Positions 37,735 to 47,062 of a stretch of 64,000 nucleotides of DNA are shown piece by piece; the first letter of the stretch is position 1; each line of letters starts with the position of its first letter. The stretch comes from Gammaproteobacteria bacterium (GTDB lineage: Bacteria > Pseudomonadota > Gammaproteobacteria > Eutrophobiales > Eutrophobiaceae). Below the pieces are notes generated by a model. It was not told the DNA's origin and did no database searches. It worked only from the letters and a program-made list of their open reading frames with translations. The position numbers and the translations under genes are program-made. The DNA lies in NCBI GenBank assembly GCA_965221695.1, contig OZ244905.1:2976001-3040000 (forward strand). Reading direction: 5' to 3'.

Positions 37735-38496
37735 ATGGCGGAACAAAAGAAAAAACGCCGCCCCAGCGTGGCGCTGGGGCTGTGGATCATCAAGCGCATA
37801 GAGCGGGCGCTGATCAGGTATTCGCTGGTTCCGGACACGCCGTTTCTCGATCCCCTGGAATTTTCCTGGGTGCGCACCCTGGAGGCCGATTGGACAGTGA
37901 TCCGTGCGGAACTTGACCGGTTGTTGCAAGCCCCCGAGCGTATCCCGAATTTCCATGAGATCTCGCGCGATCAGTACAACATAACACGGGACGACAAGTG
38001 GAAATCATACTTCCTCTACGGCTATGGCTACAAGATGGAAAACAACTGCGAGGCCTGCCCGGAGACCACGCGCATCCTGGAATCGATACCGGATATGTTT
38101 ACCGCATTTTTTTCCGTACTGGCGCCGGGCAAACACATCCCCCTGCACCGCGGACCCTACCGAGGCCTGTTACGTTGCCACCTGGCTCTGGTCGTGCCCG
38201 AACCGCGCCAGGACTGCTGGATCGAGGTGGGTGGCGAGACCAGCGCCTGGGAGGAAGGCCGTTGTATTGTGTTCGATGATACCTACCAGCATCGGGTCGA
38301 GAACAATACCGCCGGCAGACGGGTGGTGCTGTTTATCGACATCAAGCGGCCGTTGAGGTTTCCCGGGTCGCTGCTGAACCGGATCGTGCTGTTCCTGATC
38401 CGCCTCTCGCCCTATATCCAGGATGCCCGCCGCAACCAGGTGGCCTGGGAAAAGCGCCTGGGCGAACCGGAGAAAGAACAACGAGAATCCTTATAA
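37735..38496 (+). CDS. Asp/Asn beta-hydroxylase family 2OG-Fe(II) dioxygenase (LpxO-like; candidate ceramide hydroxylase)
   Basis: FSVLAPGKHIPLHRGPY, RCHLAL, FDDTYQH, RVVLFID. Confidence 0.88.
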   Translation: MAEQKKKRRPSVALGLWIIKRIERALIRYSLVPDTPFLDPLEFSWVRTLEADWTVIRAELDRLLQAPERIPNFHEISRDQYNITRDDKWKSYFLYGYGYKMENNCEACPETTRILESIPDMFTAFFSVLAPGKHIPLHRGPYRGLLRCHLALVVPEPRQDCWIEVGGETSAWEEGRCIVFDDTYQHRVENNTAGRRVVLFIDIKRPLRFPGSLLNRIVLFLIRLSPYIQDARRNQVAWEKRLGEPEKEQRESL

Positions 38497-38510
38497 GGAA
38501 GCGTTGCTTA

Positions 38511-38695
38511 CTGGACTCCCGCTTCCGCGGGAGTGGTACGGTGGCAGTGTTCACGCAAGCGCCCTCCAGCCCATTCCCGCGTAAGTGGGAATCCAGTGAG
38601 ACAAAGAGTCGCCCTTCGGGCGGCACAGTATTGAACTGGACTCCTGCTTTCGCGGGAGTGGTATGGTGGCGCTGTTCACGGGAATGGTGGCTATC
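38511..38695 (+). repeat. REP/BIME-like repeat, family 1, copy C
   Basis: CTGGACTCCCGCTTCCGCGGGAGT, ATTCCCGCGTAAGTGGGAAT (38573-38592), CTGGACTCCTGCTTTCGCGGGAGT. Confidence 0.85.
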
Positions 38696-38702
38696 CGAGC
38701 TA

Positions 38703-39659
38703 TCACCGCGAAATAAAATCCAGGGTCGTTTCAGCCAATTGCTTCCGGTCCTGCTCGGATTTCATCACGGTGCCGGTGATTTTCACTTTGATTCCCAGCT
38801 TTTCGATGGCGGCTGCCTCATGCTTGTCGCCGCGGTCGATAACCAGCCCATCCAGGATGTCGCGGTAATAGTCTGCGATGGCCAGGTTGCCGGGCGTGAT
38901 GCCCAGTTCGGCCATGATCTTTGCGGCGGGGCCTTTCAGGGCTTTCCCGCCGACGATGGGTGATACTGCGACCACCGGCGTACTGATGGATTGCAGGCCA
39001 GTGCGGATGCCTTGCAGGGACAGGATCGGATCGATACTCAGGAACGGGTTTGACGGGCACAGGATCACCGCGTCCAGTTGCGGGCTGTTGAGCAGCGCGG
39101 CAAATTCCGGGTGCGCGCGGGCCGTGTCAACGCCGTCGAAGCGGATGCCCCGCACGTGCGGCCGGCAACCCAGGCGCACGAAGTAGTCCTGGAACGGTAG
39201 TTCTCCCCGGTCGGTCAGGATAACCGTGCGCAACGCGTCGTCGCTCATCGGCAGGACCCGGTGCGCAACACCGAAAGCGTCACATAATGTCCTGGTGGCC
39301 TCGGCCAGTCCCATGCCCTGTTGCAATGCGAGGTTGCGGCGCACATGCGTAGCCAGGTCCCTGTCTCCCAGGTTGAACCAATCCAGCCCGTCAAAGCGGG
39401 CGATGGCTTTCATGAAGTTCCAGGTTTCGCCGGCCAGTCCCCAGCCCCGTTCCGGGTCCGCCACCCCGGCCAGCGTGTACATGACCGTATCCAGGTCGGG
39501 CGAGACCGGCAGGCCCAGGCGCCGGAAGTCATCGCCGGTGTTGACCACGATCAGGAGTTCCTCCGGTTTCAGGATCATACTCAGCCCATGGGCCAGTTTT
39601 GCGCCGCCTACGCCGCCGCACAAGGCCAGGATGGACTTCCCCGGAGTTTCCATGATCAC
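38703..39659 (-). CDS. cofD: 2-phospho-L-lactate/phosphoenolpyruvate transferase (F420 biosynthesis)
   Basis: GGVGGAKLA, NTGDD, PDLDTVMYTL, WFNLGDRD, PSNPFLSI, KGPAAK. Confidence 0.95.
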   Translation of the reverse strand: MIMETPGKSILALCGGVGGAKLAHGLSMILKPEELLIVVNTGDDFRRLGLPVSPDLDTVMYTLAGVADPERGWGLAGETWNFMKAIARFDGLDWFNLGDRDLATHVRRNLALQQGMGLAEATRTLCDAFGVAHRVLPMSDDALRTVILTDRGELPFQDYFVRLGCRPHVRGIRFDGVDTARAHPEFAALLNSPQLDAVILCPSNPFLSIDPILSLQGIRTGLQSISTPVVAVSPIVGGKALKGPAAKIMAELGITPGNLAIADYYRDILDGLVIDRGDKHEAAAIEKLGIKVKITGTVMKSEQDRKQLAETTLDFISR

Positions 39660-40432
39660 CTGAACAAGTCCTTGTCCGCCGCCCTGATCAAGGCCGCGGC
39701 GTTATTGTGCGGGCCATCCAGCTCCAGACCTTTGACCAACACCACTGGGATTCCCTGGCCAGCCTGTCCCATGAGCAGCGATGCGGCGGCGGCAATATCA
39801 TCGGCGATGCCCGCCTCGGTCACCCGCAACGGGGTTCCATGCAGGTCGGACTCGCCGCGCAAATCCAGCAAGCAGGGCAGGCCGGCGGCGCCGATGGCAA
39901 TACCGGTGACGCCGTTACGCCAGGCGCGCCCGGCGCTGTCGTTGATGATGACGCCGATGTCCAGCGCCAGGTGTTGCCGGATGGCGGCATGGATGCGCGC
40001 AGCGCTGGCATCGGGATTTTCCGGCAACAGCAGCGCCCGTTCGGAACGGGCGTTCTGCGGGATATTGGAATGGTCGATGCCGGCATTGGCATGGACGAAG
40101 CCCAACTTGTGCTCGACGATAAGCACATCCCGCCGATACCTGACCACCCGTTTCGACTGGGACAGGATCAGTTCCACCAGGCGCGGGTCTTTGCCGGTCT
40201 CCCCGGCCAGTTCCAGGGCGCGTGCCGAAGGCGCGACCCCGGCCAGGTCTGCATAGCGGTCCTCCGCTTTGGAGACGATCTTCTGCGCGATCACCAGGAT
40301 ATCGCCGTCAGTAACCGGATACTCCCGCAATCGCACCGCCAACAGCGCCGCCAGGTCCGTGCCGGGCATGATTTCAGGCAGGCCGCGCAACGGCAGCAAT
40401 TGTATGCCGTCAACGGGTTTGCTGTGGGTCAT
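39656..40432 (-). CDS. cofE: coenzyme F420-0:L-glutamate ligase
   Basis: QKIVSKAE, ANAGIDHSN, DSAGRAWRNG, DLFR. Confidence 0.95.
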   Translation of the reverse strand: MTHSKPVDGIQLLPLRGLPEIMPGTDLAALLAVRLREYPVTDGDILVIAQKIVSKAEDRYADLAGVAPSARALELAGETGKDPRLVELILSQSKRVVRYRRDVLIVEHKLGFVHANAGIDHSNIPQNARSERALLLPENPDASAARIHAAIRQHLALDIGVIINDSAGRAWRNGVTGIAIGAAGLPCLLDLRGESDLHGTPLRVTEAGIADDIAAAASLLMGQAGQGIPVVLVKGLELDGPHNNAAALIRAADKDLFR

Positions 40433-40514
40433 GGCGCAAGTATCTCATCGTTCGATGCATAGGGTTATAATACCTTGTCTGACAGTTAACAAAGTTTCTC
40501 AAATCAGACTAATC

Positions 40515-42050
40515 ATGACAAACGATAACAAAGCGCGCGCAGAGTCACACCGTATCGGCGTTGTCGGGGCCGGGGTTATGGGCCGGGGAATTGCCCAGTT
40601 GTTTCTGCAATCCGGGTACCCGGTGCGGCTGTATGATGCCCAGGCCGGCGCCTTGGACAGCGCGGCCGAATTCATCAGCAAAATGGCGCTACGCCAGGTT
40701 GACAAGGGCCGGCATACGCAGGATCAGGCGGACGCGATGCTTGCCCGCCTCAAGCTGTGCCGCGCGCCGGCTGAACTGGCTTCCTGCCGGGTTGTTATCG
40801 AAGCGGTCGTGGAACTGGCGGATGTCAAGAAGCAGTTATTTGCGGAACTGGAAAAAATCGTCTCCGCTGACGCGATCCTGGCGAGTAACACATCTTCGTT
40901 GCTGGTGTCTGACATCGCCGCGGCTTGTGATCGGCCGCAGCGGGTCGCGGGGCTGCATTTCTTCAACCCGGTTCCGCTGATGCGGGTGGTCGAGGTGATC
41001 CCCGCGGCGCTGACTGAAGCGACTGTTATCAAAGAGCTTTGCGCGCTCGTTGCCGCAACCGGTCACCGCGCTGTGGTCGCCGCGGACCAGCCCGGGTTCC
41101 TGGTGAACCATGCGGGCCGCGGCTTTGTCACAGAGGGGTTGCGCATCCTGGAAGAGGGCGTCGCGCAGCCTGCGGACATCGACCGAGTGATGCGCGAGGC
41201 CATGGGCTTTCGGATGGGGCCGTTTGAGCTGCTGGACCTGACCGGGCTGGATGTGTCCGGCAAGGTGATGCAATCCGTGTATGACCAGTTTCTGCAGGAG
41301 CCTATGTATCGGCCCTCGTCCCTGGTCCCGCCGAGAATGGCGGCGGGTCTGTTCGGGCGCAAAACCGGGCATGGTTTTTACCGTTACGAGGAAGGCCGGA
41401 AAATCGAGCCGGAGCAGGCGCCGCCGCCGCCGGTCAGCCTCACCAGGGTCTGGCTGGAAGACGCTGTTACTGATGCAGGCCGGCAACTGGCAGAGCAACT
41501 GAAGGTCGCCGGCGCGCAGCTCACGAACGCGCCGGCCGGCGCCGACACGATGATCGTGTTCCAGCCCTGGGGCGGCGATGTCAGCCAATCCTGCGCCGGA
41601 CAGGGCCTGGACCCAACCCGCAGCGTGGCTGTGGACCCGCTGCCCGAAGCCGGCGCGCGCCGTACCCTGATGCTGTCTCCACTGACCGCGCCGGCAGTGC
41701 GTGACAGCATGCATGGCCTGCTCGCGGCCGTAGCGCCGGTTACCGTGATCAACGACAGTCCGGGTTTTATCTGCCAGCGCATCCTGGCCGTGATCGTGAA
41801 TATCGCTGCCAATATTGCCCAGCGCCGCATCGCCTCCGTGCCCGACATAGAGGACGCCGTGACCCTGGGCCTGGGCTACCCGCATGGCCCGTTGTCCTGG
41901 GGAGACAGGGTAGGCGGAGAGCGAATCGCGCAAATTCTGGACAACCTGTTTGATTTGACCCGCGACCCGCGCTACCGTCTCAGCCCCTGGCTGAGAAGGC
42001 GGGCGCTGTGCGGCGTGTCGCTGCTGACCGAAGAAACCGAACGCTATTGA
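40515..42050 (+). CDS. paaH: 3-hydroxyacyl-CoA dehydrogenase, PaaH-like
   Basis: GAGVMGRGIA, ASNTSS, HFFNP, MGPFELLD; ATG 40515. Confidence 0.85.
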   Translation: MTNDNKARAESHRIGVVGAGVMGRGIAQLFLQSGYPVRLYDAQAGALDSAAEFISKMALRQVDKGRHTQDQADAMLARLKLCRAPAELASCRVVIEAVVELADVKKQLFAELEKIVSADAILASNTSSLLVSDIAAACDRPQRVAGLHFFNPVPLMRVVEVIPAALTEATVIKELCALVAATGHRAVVAADQPGFLVNHAGRGFVTEGLRILEEGVAQPADIDRVMREAMGFRMGPFELLDLTGLDVSGKVMQSVYDQFLQEPMYRPSSLVPPRMAAGLFGRKTGHGFYRYEEGRKIEPEQAPPPPVSLTRVWLEDAVTDAGRQLAEQLKVAGAQLTNAPAGADTMIVFQPWGGDVSQSCAGQGLDPTRSVAVDPLPEAGARRTLMLSPLTAPAVRDSMHGLLAAVAPVTVINDSPGFICQRILAVIVNIAANIAQRRIASVPDIEDAVTLGLGYPHGPLSWGDRVGGERIAQILDNLFDLTRDPRYRLSPWLRRRALCGVSLLTEETERY

Positions 42051-42059
42051 GACGTAACA

Positions 42060-43484
42060 ATGACCAATAAAGTAATCACCCGCTTCGCGCCCAGTCCCAC
42101 CGGGTTCCTGCACATCGGCGGCATTCGCACGGCCTTGTTTTCCTGGCTTTACGCCCGCGGTCACGCCGGCGAGTTCCTGCTGCGAATAGAAGACACCGAC
42201 CGCGAGCGCAGTACCGATGCGGCTGTCAAGGTCATCCTGGAAGGGATGAAATGGCTCGGATTGGACCATGATCGAGAGATCGCCTACCAGTCGGCGCGTA
42301 GTGAAAAATATCAGGCAGCGATCCGGGAGTTGCTGGATAGGGGTCGGGCCTATTATTGTTTCTGTAGCAAGGAAGAACTGGAAGCCATGCGCACGGAGGC
42401 TATGAGCAAGGGCGAGAAACCCAGGTATAACGGTAAATACCGTGACCTGGGCCGACTGCCGGGGCCGGGCGAGACGCCGGTGGTGCGTTTCAAAAACCCA
42501 CTGGACGGCGAGGTGGTCATTGACGATTTCATCCAGGGTCAGGTGGCGATCAGCAACACGGAACTGGATGATTTGATTCTGGCCCGTTCCGACGGTTCGC
42601 CTACCTACAACCTGAGTGTCGTGGTGGACGATGCGGATATGGGTATCACCCACGTGATACGCGGGGACGACCACCTCAACAATACGCCCAGGCAAGTCAA
42701 CATCTTCAATGCCTTGGACATCACTGCGCCGAAGTATGCCCATATTCCCCTGATCCTGGACCCGGATGGCAAAAAACTGTCCAAGCGCCATGGCGCCGCA
42801 AGCGTGCTGGAGTACCGCGAACAGGGCTACCTGCCCGAAGCCGTGTTGAATTACCTGGTGAGGTTGGGCTGGTCGCATGGCGACCAGGAGCTTTTCAGTC
42901 TGGACGAAATGGTTGAGCTGTTTGACATAGCCCGGGTCAACAAGGCTGCGGCCGCGCTGAACCCGGACAAACTGGCCTGGCTGAACCAGCATTATCTGAG
43001 GGAAAGCGACGCGCAGCGGATTGCCTGCCTGCTTAAGGCAAAACTGGTTGAGCTTGGTGTTGACGTATCCGCCCCCCCCGATCTCAAGGATGTGGCCGAA
43101 GTGCAGAAGGCGCGCGTGAAAACAATAACGGAGATGGCCGAGCAGAGTCGTTTCTTTTATGAAGAGTTTGAGCAATACGATGAGACGGCCGCGAAAAAAC
43201 ACCTGCGCCCGGTGGCGTTCGAGCCGCTGCGACAGGTCAGAGACGCGTTAGCCGAACTGGCTGACTGGGACCAGGATGCCTTGCACGCGGCCATCGATGC
43301 CGTGGCGCAGCAACAGTCGATGAAATTCGGGAAAATCGCCCAGCCACTGCGCGTGGCGGTAACCGGCGGCGCAGTCTCGCCCTCCATCGACATCACCCTG
43401 GCGCTGCTGGGCCGCGCCAGGACTTTATCCCGGCTCGAGCGCGCGCTAAAACTGATTGAACGCAGGATGGATGCGAGCGAGTGA
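42060..43484 (+). CDS. gltX: glutamate--tRNA ligase
   Basis: RFAPSPTG.LHIGG, RIEDTD, KLSKR. Confidence 0.97.
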   Translation: MTNKVITRFAPSPTGFLHIGGIRTALFSWLYARGHAGEFLLRIEDTDRERSTDAAVKVILEGMKWLGLDHDREIAYQSARSEKYQAAIRELLDRGRAYYCFCSKEELEAMRTEAMSKGEKPRYNGKYRDLGRLPGPGETPVVRFKNPLDGEVVIDDFIQGQVAISNTELDDLILARSDGSPTYNLSVVVDDADMGITHVIRGDDHLNNTPRQVNIFNALDITAPKYAHIPLILDPDGKKLSKRHGAASVLEYREQGYLPEAVLNYLVRLGWSHGDQELFSLDEMVELFDIARVNKAAAALNPDKLAWLNQHYLRESDAQRIACLLKAKLVELGVDVSAPPDLKDVAEVQKARVKTITEMAEQSRFFYEEFEQYDETAAKKHLRPVAFEPLRQVRDALAELADWDQDALHAAIDAVAQQQSMKFGKIAQPLRVAVTGGAVSPSIDITLALLGRARTLSRLERALKLIERRMDASE

Positions 43485-43562
43485 TATGGGCCGCAACAAG
43501 CTGTTGACGGCGCGCCGGCATAAGGGCGGCAACCGGATTAATTACCGTCCTGATAGTTTTAA

Positions 43563-43591
43563 GGAAACTCTGAGATTAAGTCAGAGCTTCC
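43563..43591. mobile_element. 29-bp collapsed MITE, family 2
   Basis: TTAA-GGAAACTCTGAGATTAAGTCAGAGCTTCC-TTAA; right TTAA is the hydrolase stop codon. Confidence 0.8.
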
Positions 43592-45664
43592 TTAAAATTC
43601 CTGTTGTACAGCCTGCGTAACAATAGTGTCCCTGTCGCGTGGCAACAGATACCTATTCCTGACCAGTTCATTTGCGCTGTGATTCACCTTTGCTACCCAT
43701 TGTTCATGGCTTCCGTACCTTTCTTCCAGTGAAAGCCGCGGATCACCTGTTTCCAGGCGCGTTTTCCTGGTATCTGACAAAGGCGCCCATGAACCAAGGT
43801 TTTCGGCAAGGTCATTCTCTGCGTGCCCGGCTGCCCTCGGATTCCAACCGGTATAGGTACCAATCGGATTGGCCACTCTCGGTAACCGGATACCGGGAAT
43901 TTCATTACCGTCCTCGTCAATCGCAGAAAATAATATGGTATAAGGCCTTCCAAGCCTGTAAGGGTTTAACGGATCATCGCTCAGGACATAATCTGTTTGC
44001 CTAATTGCATTATAGTTTGCCGTGAAGGTGAAACCGGGAACAGGTGATGGAAATCCGTCGACGATATGACTCATCGGCGCCAGGGTGTTGTCGCTGATCT
44101 TTCCATAACTCGATACAGGAGGGGGACTGTTATCCGCGATCCAGTGATCAAGCGCCAGTAGCAAGGCTCTTTGCACCGGGCGGATATCCACCGGGTTGGA
44201 GAGGTTCTTGACTTCCACACCGCGCTGTCCCGGACGCCGTGCCGAAGTAGCGCTGAGATCCCTGAAGTTAAAAGGGATATGCGACGATGAGGCCAGCCAG
44301 TAAACACGGACATTATCCGGCAAAACAAGGTCTTCCCGGCCCAGCGGATCTGTGACGACCAGCGACGCCCGCCGACTCCTGATTTCGGTGCCCGTATCCA
44401 CATGCATGATCTTCGGGCATGTCTCGCTTATGCTGCACTTGTTTAATATACCATCCGATCTGCCGGTGATCGGATCGTGGATGACACCATAGGTAAAAGG
44501 AAACTGGTCACCCGGTTGCAGGTGCCACCGATGTTGAGTTGTGTAGTTTCCGGGTTTGGCAAAACGCCAATTGATATAACTCCTGGCCGCGCCCGATGCC
44601 GAGGGCATGGCTCCCTCAAATACCATCCGGCCCTTTTCATCCTCATTGAAACCTTGATAAATAAAATCCTTTATCATCCTGCCGGATTGCGAGTAGCCAA
44701 AAATCAATGCCCGGTTTATCCCCATTGCACTTGCCGGGTTCTGTTGAGTGTCATCATGACGCAGAAAAGAAACCAGGTCTCTTATGCCCGCAAAGCCGAT
44801 ACCGAAGATGCCATTCTCGTCTATGACATTCCCGTCACTCCCTTTTATCCTGGTAATGTCGAACGCAGGATAGATAAATTCATAAATTGCGCCGGAATCA
44901 AAACCCGCAGGCCTGTTTATTTTCAGGGTTTCATCGTTTTCATAGGAGAAGTGCAAATCCCCCGGTATTTTCCTGGCATCTGCTTCAAACTGGCGTACCG
45001 TCAGTGTTGCCCGGCCGGCATCCTGATCGGCCACAGGATGCGGTAGTTTCGCGATAAACACTGGCTCTGTCCCGGTATCGGAAAATTCAACCAGGTTCAT
45101 GCCCTCAAGAGGTTTGTTATCTGTCAATGCGACAGGAAAGTCTGCTACCAGAACTCCATCAGCGGGTTGAATACTGCCGTCCCAGGCGCTCCAGACGAAC
45201 GTAAAACCTTCTTTCATAACCAGACCATCGCCAACGTCTTCAATGGCCAATTGATTTGACGCAAAGCGATATTCCTGGTTCCAGTTGAAAAAATAAAGAT
45301 CCAAAAAACGGCTGCGATTGGTCACAGAATAGACCAGCGAGCCATTACCACCCTGCTCCGGAGTCATCATGACTACATCCACGTTGTATTTGACCCGGCC
45401 ATCCTGATCGACGGGCGCTTTGTCCAAATCAACAATGACCTTGTTGCGCGCATCCGAGGGATCCAGCAACCCGGTCGCAACACCTCGAATCTCAAAGTAC
45501 CGCCCCCATTCTCCGAAGGCCTTTCCGCCGAACGCAGGCGTTACCTTCGTCACTGAGAAATTCACAATCTCCCCGTTTACTGGAGTACTGGCACAGAGTA
45601 CTAACAGGAGCAGTAAAATAGGGAGAAGGCAATACTGCTGCTGGTGTTTTTTCGCAATATTCAC
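43592..45664 (-). CDS. secreted alpha/beta-hydrolase domain protein
   Basis: Signal peptide; GYSQSG nucleophile elbow; GDPRLSLEERY C-terminus. Confidence 0.85.
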   Translation of the reverse strand: MNIAKKHQQQYCLLPILLLLLVLCASTPVNGEIVNFSVTKVTPAFGGKAFGEWGRYFEIRGVATGLLDPSDARNKVIVDLDKAPVDQDGRVKYNVDVVMMTPEQGGNGSLVYSVTNRSRFLDLYFFNWNQEYRFASNQLAIEDVGDGLVMKEGFTFVWSAWDGSIQPADGVLVADFPVALTDNKPLEGMNLVEFSDTGTEPVFIAKLPHPVADQDAGRATLTVRQFEADARKIPGDLHFSYENDETLKINRPAGFDSGAIYEFIYPAFDITRIKGSDGNVIDENGIFGIGFAGIRDLVSFLRHDDTQQNPASAMGINRALIFGYSQSGRMIKDFIYQGFNEDEKGRMVFEGAMPSASGAARSYINWRFAKPGNYTTQHRWHLQPGDQFPFTYGVIHDPITGRSDGILNKCSISETCPKIMHVDTGTEIRSRRASLVVTDPLGREDLVLPDNVRVYWLASSSHIPFNFRDLSATSARRPGQRGVEVKNLSNPVDIRPVQRALLLALDHWIADNSPPPVSSYGKISDNTLAPMSHIVDGFPSPVPGFTFTANYNAIRQTDYVLSDDPLNPYRLGRPYTILFSAIDEDGNEIPGIRLPRVANPIGTYTGWNPRAAGHAENDLAENLGSWAPLSDTRKTRLETGDPRLSLEERYGSHEQWVAKVNHSANELVRNRYLLPRDRDTIVTQAVQQEF

Positions 45665-45908
45665 TCTTCGGTGTTCCTTATCGCCATTTTTAATGCAATT
45701 TTTCTCGTGCCCGTATGGGTTTGTTCGATATGATTATGACACAGGCACAATTTGCATTACAGGACCTTTGTCTCACCGGCCAGGGGCGCTGGTGGCAAAC
45801 CCAACAACCGAGCTTGACTCCACCCCCGCGATTCAATATATTCAGCAAAGAGCTATTCCGACAGGAAGAGCACATTCCACAGTAGATAGTTATAAGGGAG
45901 GACATGTA

Positions 45909-46241
45909 ATGTCAAATGAATTGATCGCCATCTTTGGAGTGGCCGCCACCCTGGCCGGCCTCATTATATACGGTCAGTACAACACGAAGTCGGATATACA
46001 GAATCTCCGCTCGGATATGCGGGCTGAATTCAAGGCAGTGCGTGAAGAAACACAGGCGGAATTCAACATTCACCTGGCAGCGATAAACGGGTTACGGGAA
46101 GATGTGAGTCAGTTATATGTGCGGGTGGCGCGCCAGGAAGGACTGATGGATGGCCTGCGCGAGGCTATCGTCGGGCTTCGGGATGCTCTCACCGGCACGC
46201 CCGATAGGGTTGCTGGTCCGGGCGCCCGCCCGCCAGCCTGA
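45909..46241 (+). CDS. small hypothetical protein, N-terminal TM plus coiled coil
   Basis: Strong RBS AAGGGAGGA; MSNELIAIFGVAATLAGLII then heptad-rich region. Confidence 0.7.
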   Translation: MSNELIAIFGVAATLAGLIIYGQYNTKSDIQNLRSDMRAEFKAVREETQAEFNIHLAAINGLREDVSQLYVRVARQEGLMDGLREAIVGLRDALTGTPDRVAGPGARPPA

Positions 46242-46267
46242 CGCGGGTGAGACGGTCGCGCTCCCGG
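46239..46267 (-). repeat. REP-like repeat, family 3
   Basis: Reverse complement CCGGGAGCGCGACCGTCTCACCCGCGTCA matches 35580 copy. Confidence 0.65.
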
Positions 46268-46289
46268 CGGTAATTGTAACAGCAGCAGC

Positions 46290-46317
46290 TTGACAATCGG
46301 GCGGTACGGAGTATACT
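46290..46317 (+). promoter_or_regulatory. sigma70 promoter of the tRNA-Ala/Glu pair
   Basis: TTGACA-N16-TATACT followed by GC-rich discriminator. Confidence 0.75.
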
Positions 46318-46357
46318 GCCGACCGGTACACTCGGTTTTATATCACAACTTCGCAGA

Positions 46358-46433
<76 letters not shown>

Positions 46434-46444
46434 GGTTCTTATCT

Positions 46445-46520
46445 GTCCCCTTCGTCTAGAGGCCTAGGACACCGCCCTTTCACGGCGGCGACAGGGGTTC
46501 GACTCCCCTAGGGGACGCCA
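46445..46520 (+). tRNA. tRNA-Glu(TTC)
   Basis: GTCCCCTTCGTCTAGA...CCGCC-CTTTCAC-GGCGG...GACGCCA. Confidence 0.97.
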
Positions 46521-46944
46521 AAAATGCCGGCTTGCTCACTTTCAACAGGTTTCGCACGAAATGTGAGTAAGCCCCCAGGCCCAACGGCGCATCCATGCCG
46601 ATCATTTCAGTGTCCGGGCCGGTGGTCAGTTCAGTATCATGCTCGCGTCGGATCTTTACCCATGCCAGGCGCGCTTCCCAATGGTAGTCCTCGGTGCGAG
46701 TGGTTTCGAGGATCACCTCCCAAGCCCGCTTGGGGAGAGGGTCTGGCGCTGCGTTACGCCGGATCACGCGTCCTGGGCTGCGCTTATCCAACTCGTCTGC
46801 GAGCGCTTCGCACAAGTTTGTGACGACGGCCGGGTTGGTGTCCGGCGCGCCATGGCAGGACAATAACAACGGCGATTTATCCGCCCAGGCGCCGGATGCG
46901 GCTGCCCCGGCGATAACAAGCACAACAGGGAATCTGCAACGCAT
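46480..46944 (-). CDS. hypothetical secreted protein whose 3' end overlaps tRNA-Glu antisense
   Basis: Signal-peptide-like N-terminus (..GAWA-D); fills the gap between tRNA and epimerase. Confidence 0.5.
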   Translation of the reverse strand: MRCRFPVVLVIAGAAASGAWADKSPLLLSCHGAPDTNPAVVTNLCEALADELDKRSPGRVIRRNAAPDPLPKRAWEVILETTRTEDYHWEARLAWVKIRREHDTELTTGPDTEMIGMDAPLGLGAYSHFVRNLLKVSKPAFLASPRGVEPLSPP

Positions 46945-47062
46945 GGAAATCAGCGGGTCGGAAGATGAAGTTTGTCAAGCATACTACAGGCCCTTCCATG
47001 AAGCCAATGGCGTTTTCCTGTAAAATAAGTTCATTTTATGTATTTAACCCGGATATTGCACC

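Noticed and set aside
40836-43202. 788-aa antisense ORF
   Set aside because: Shadow of GC-rich paaH and gltX with no protein-like features
45420-45908. N-terminal extension of the 273-aa ORF
   Set aside because: Overlaps the hydrolase antisense; a strong RBS supports the start at 45909
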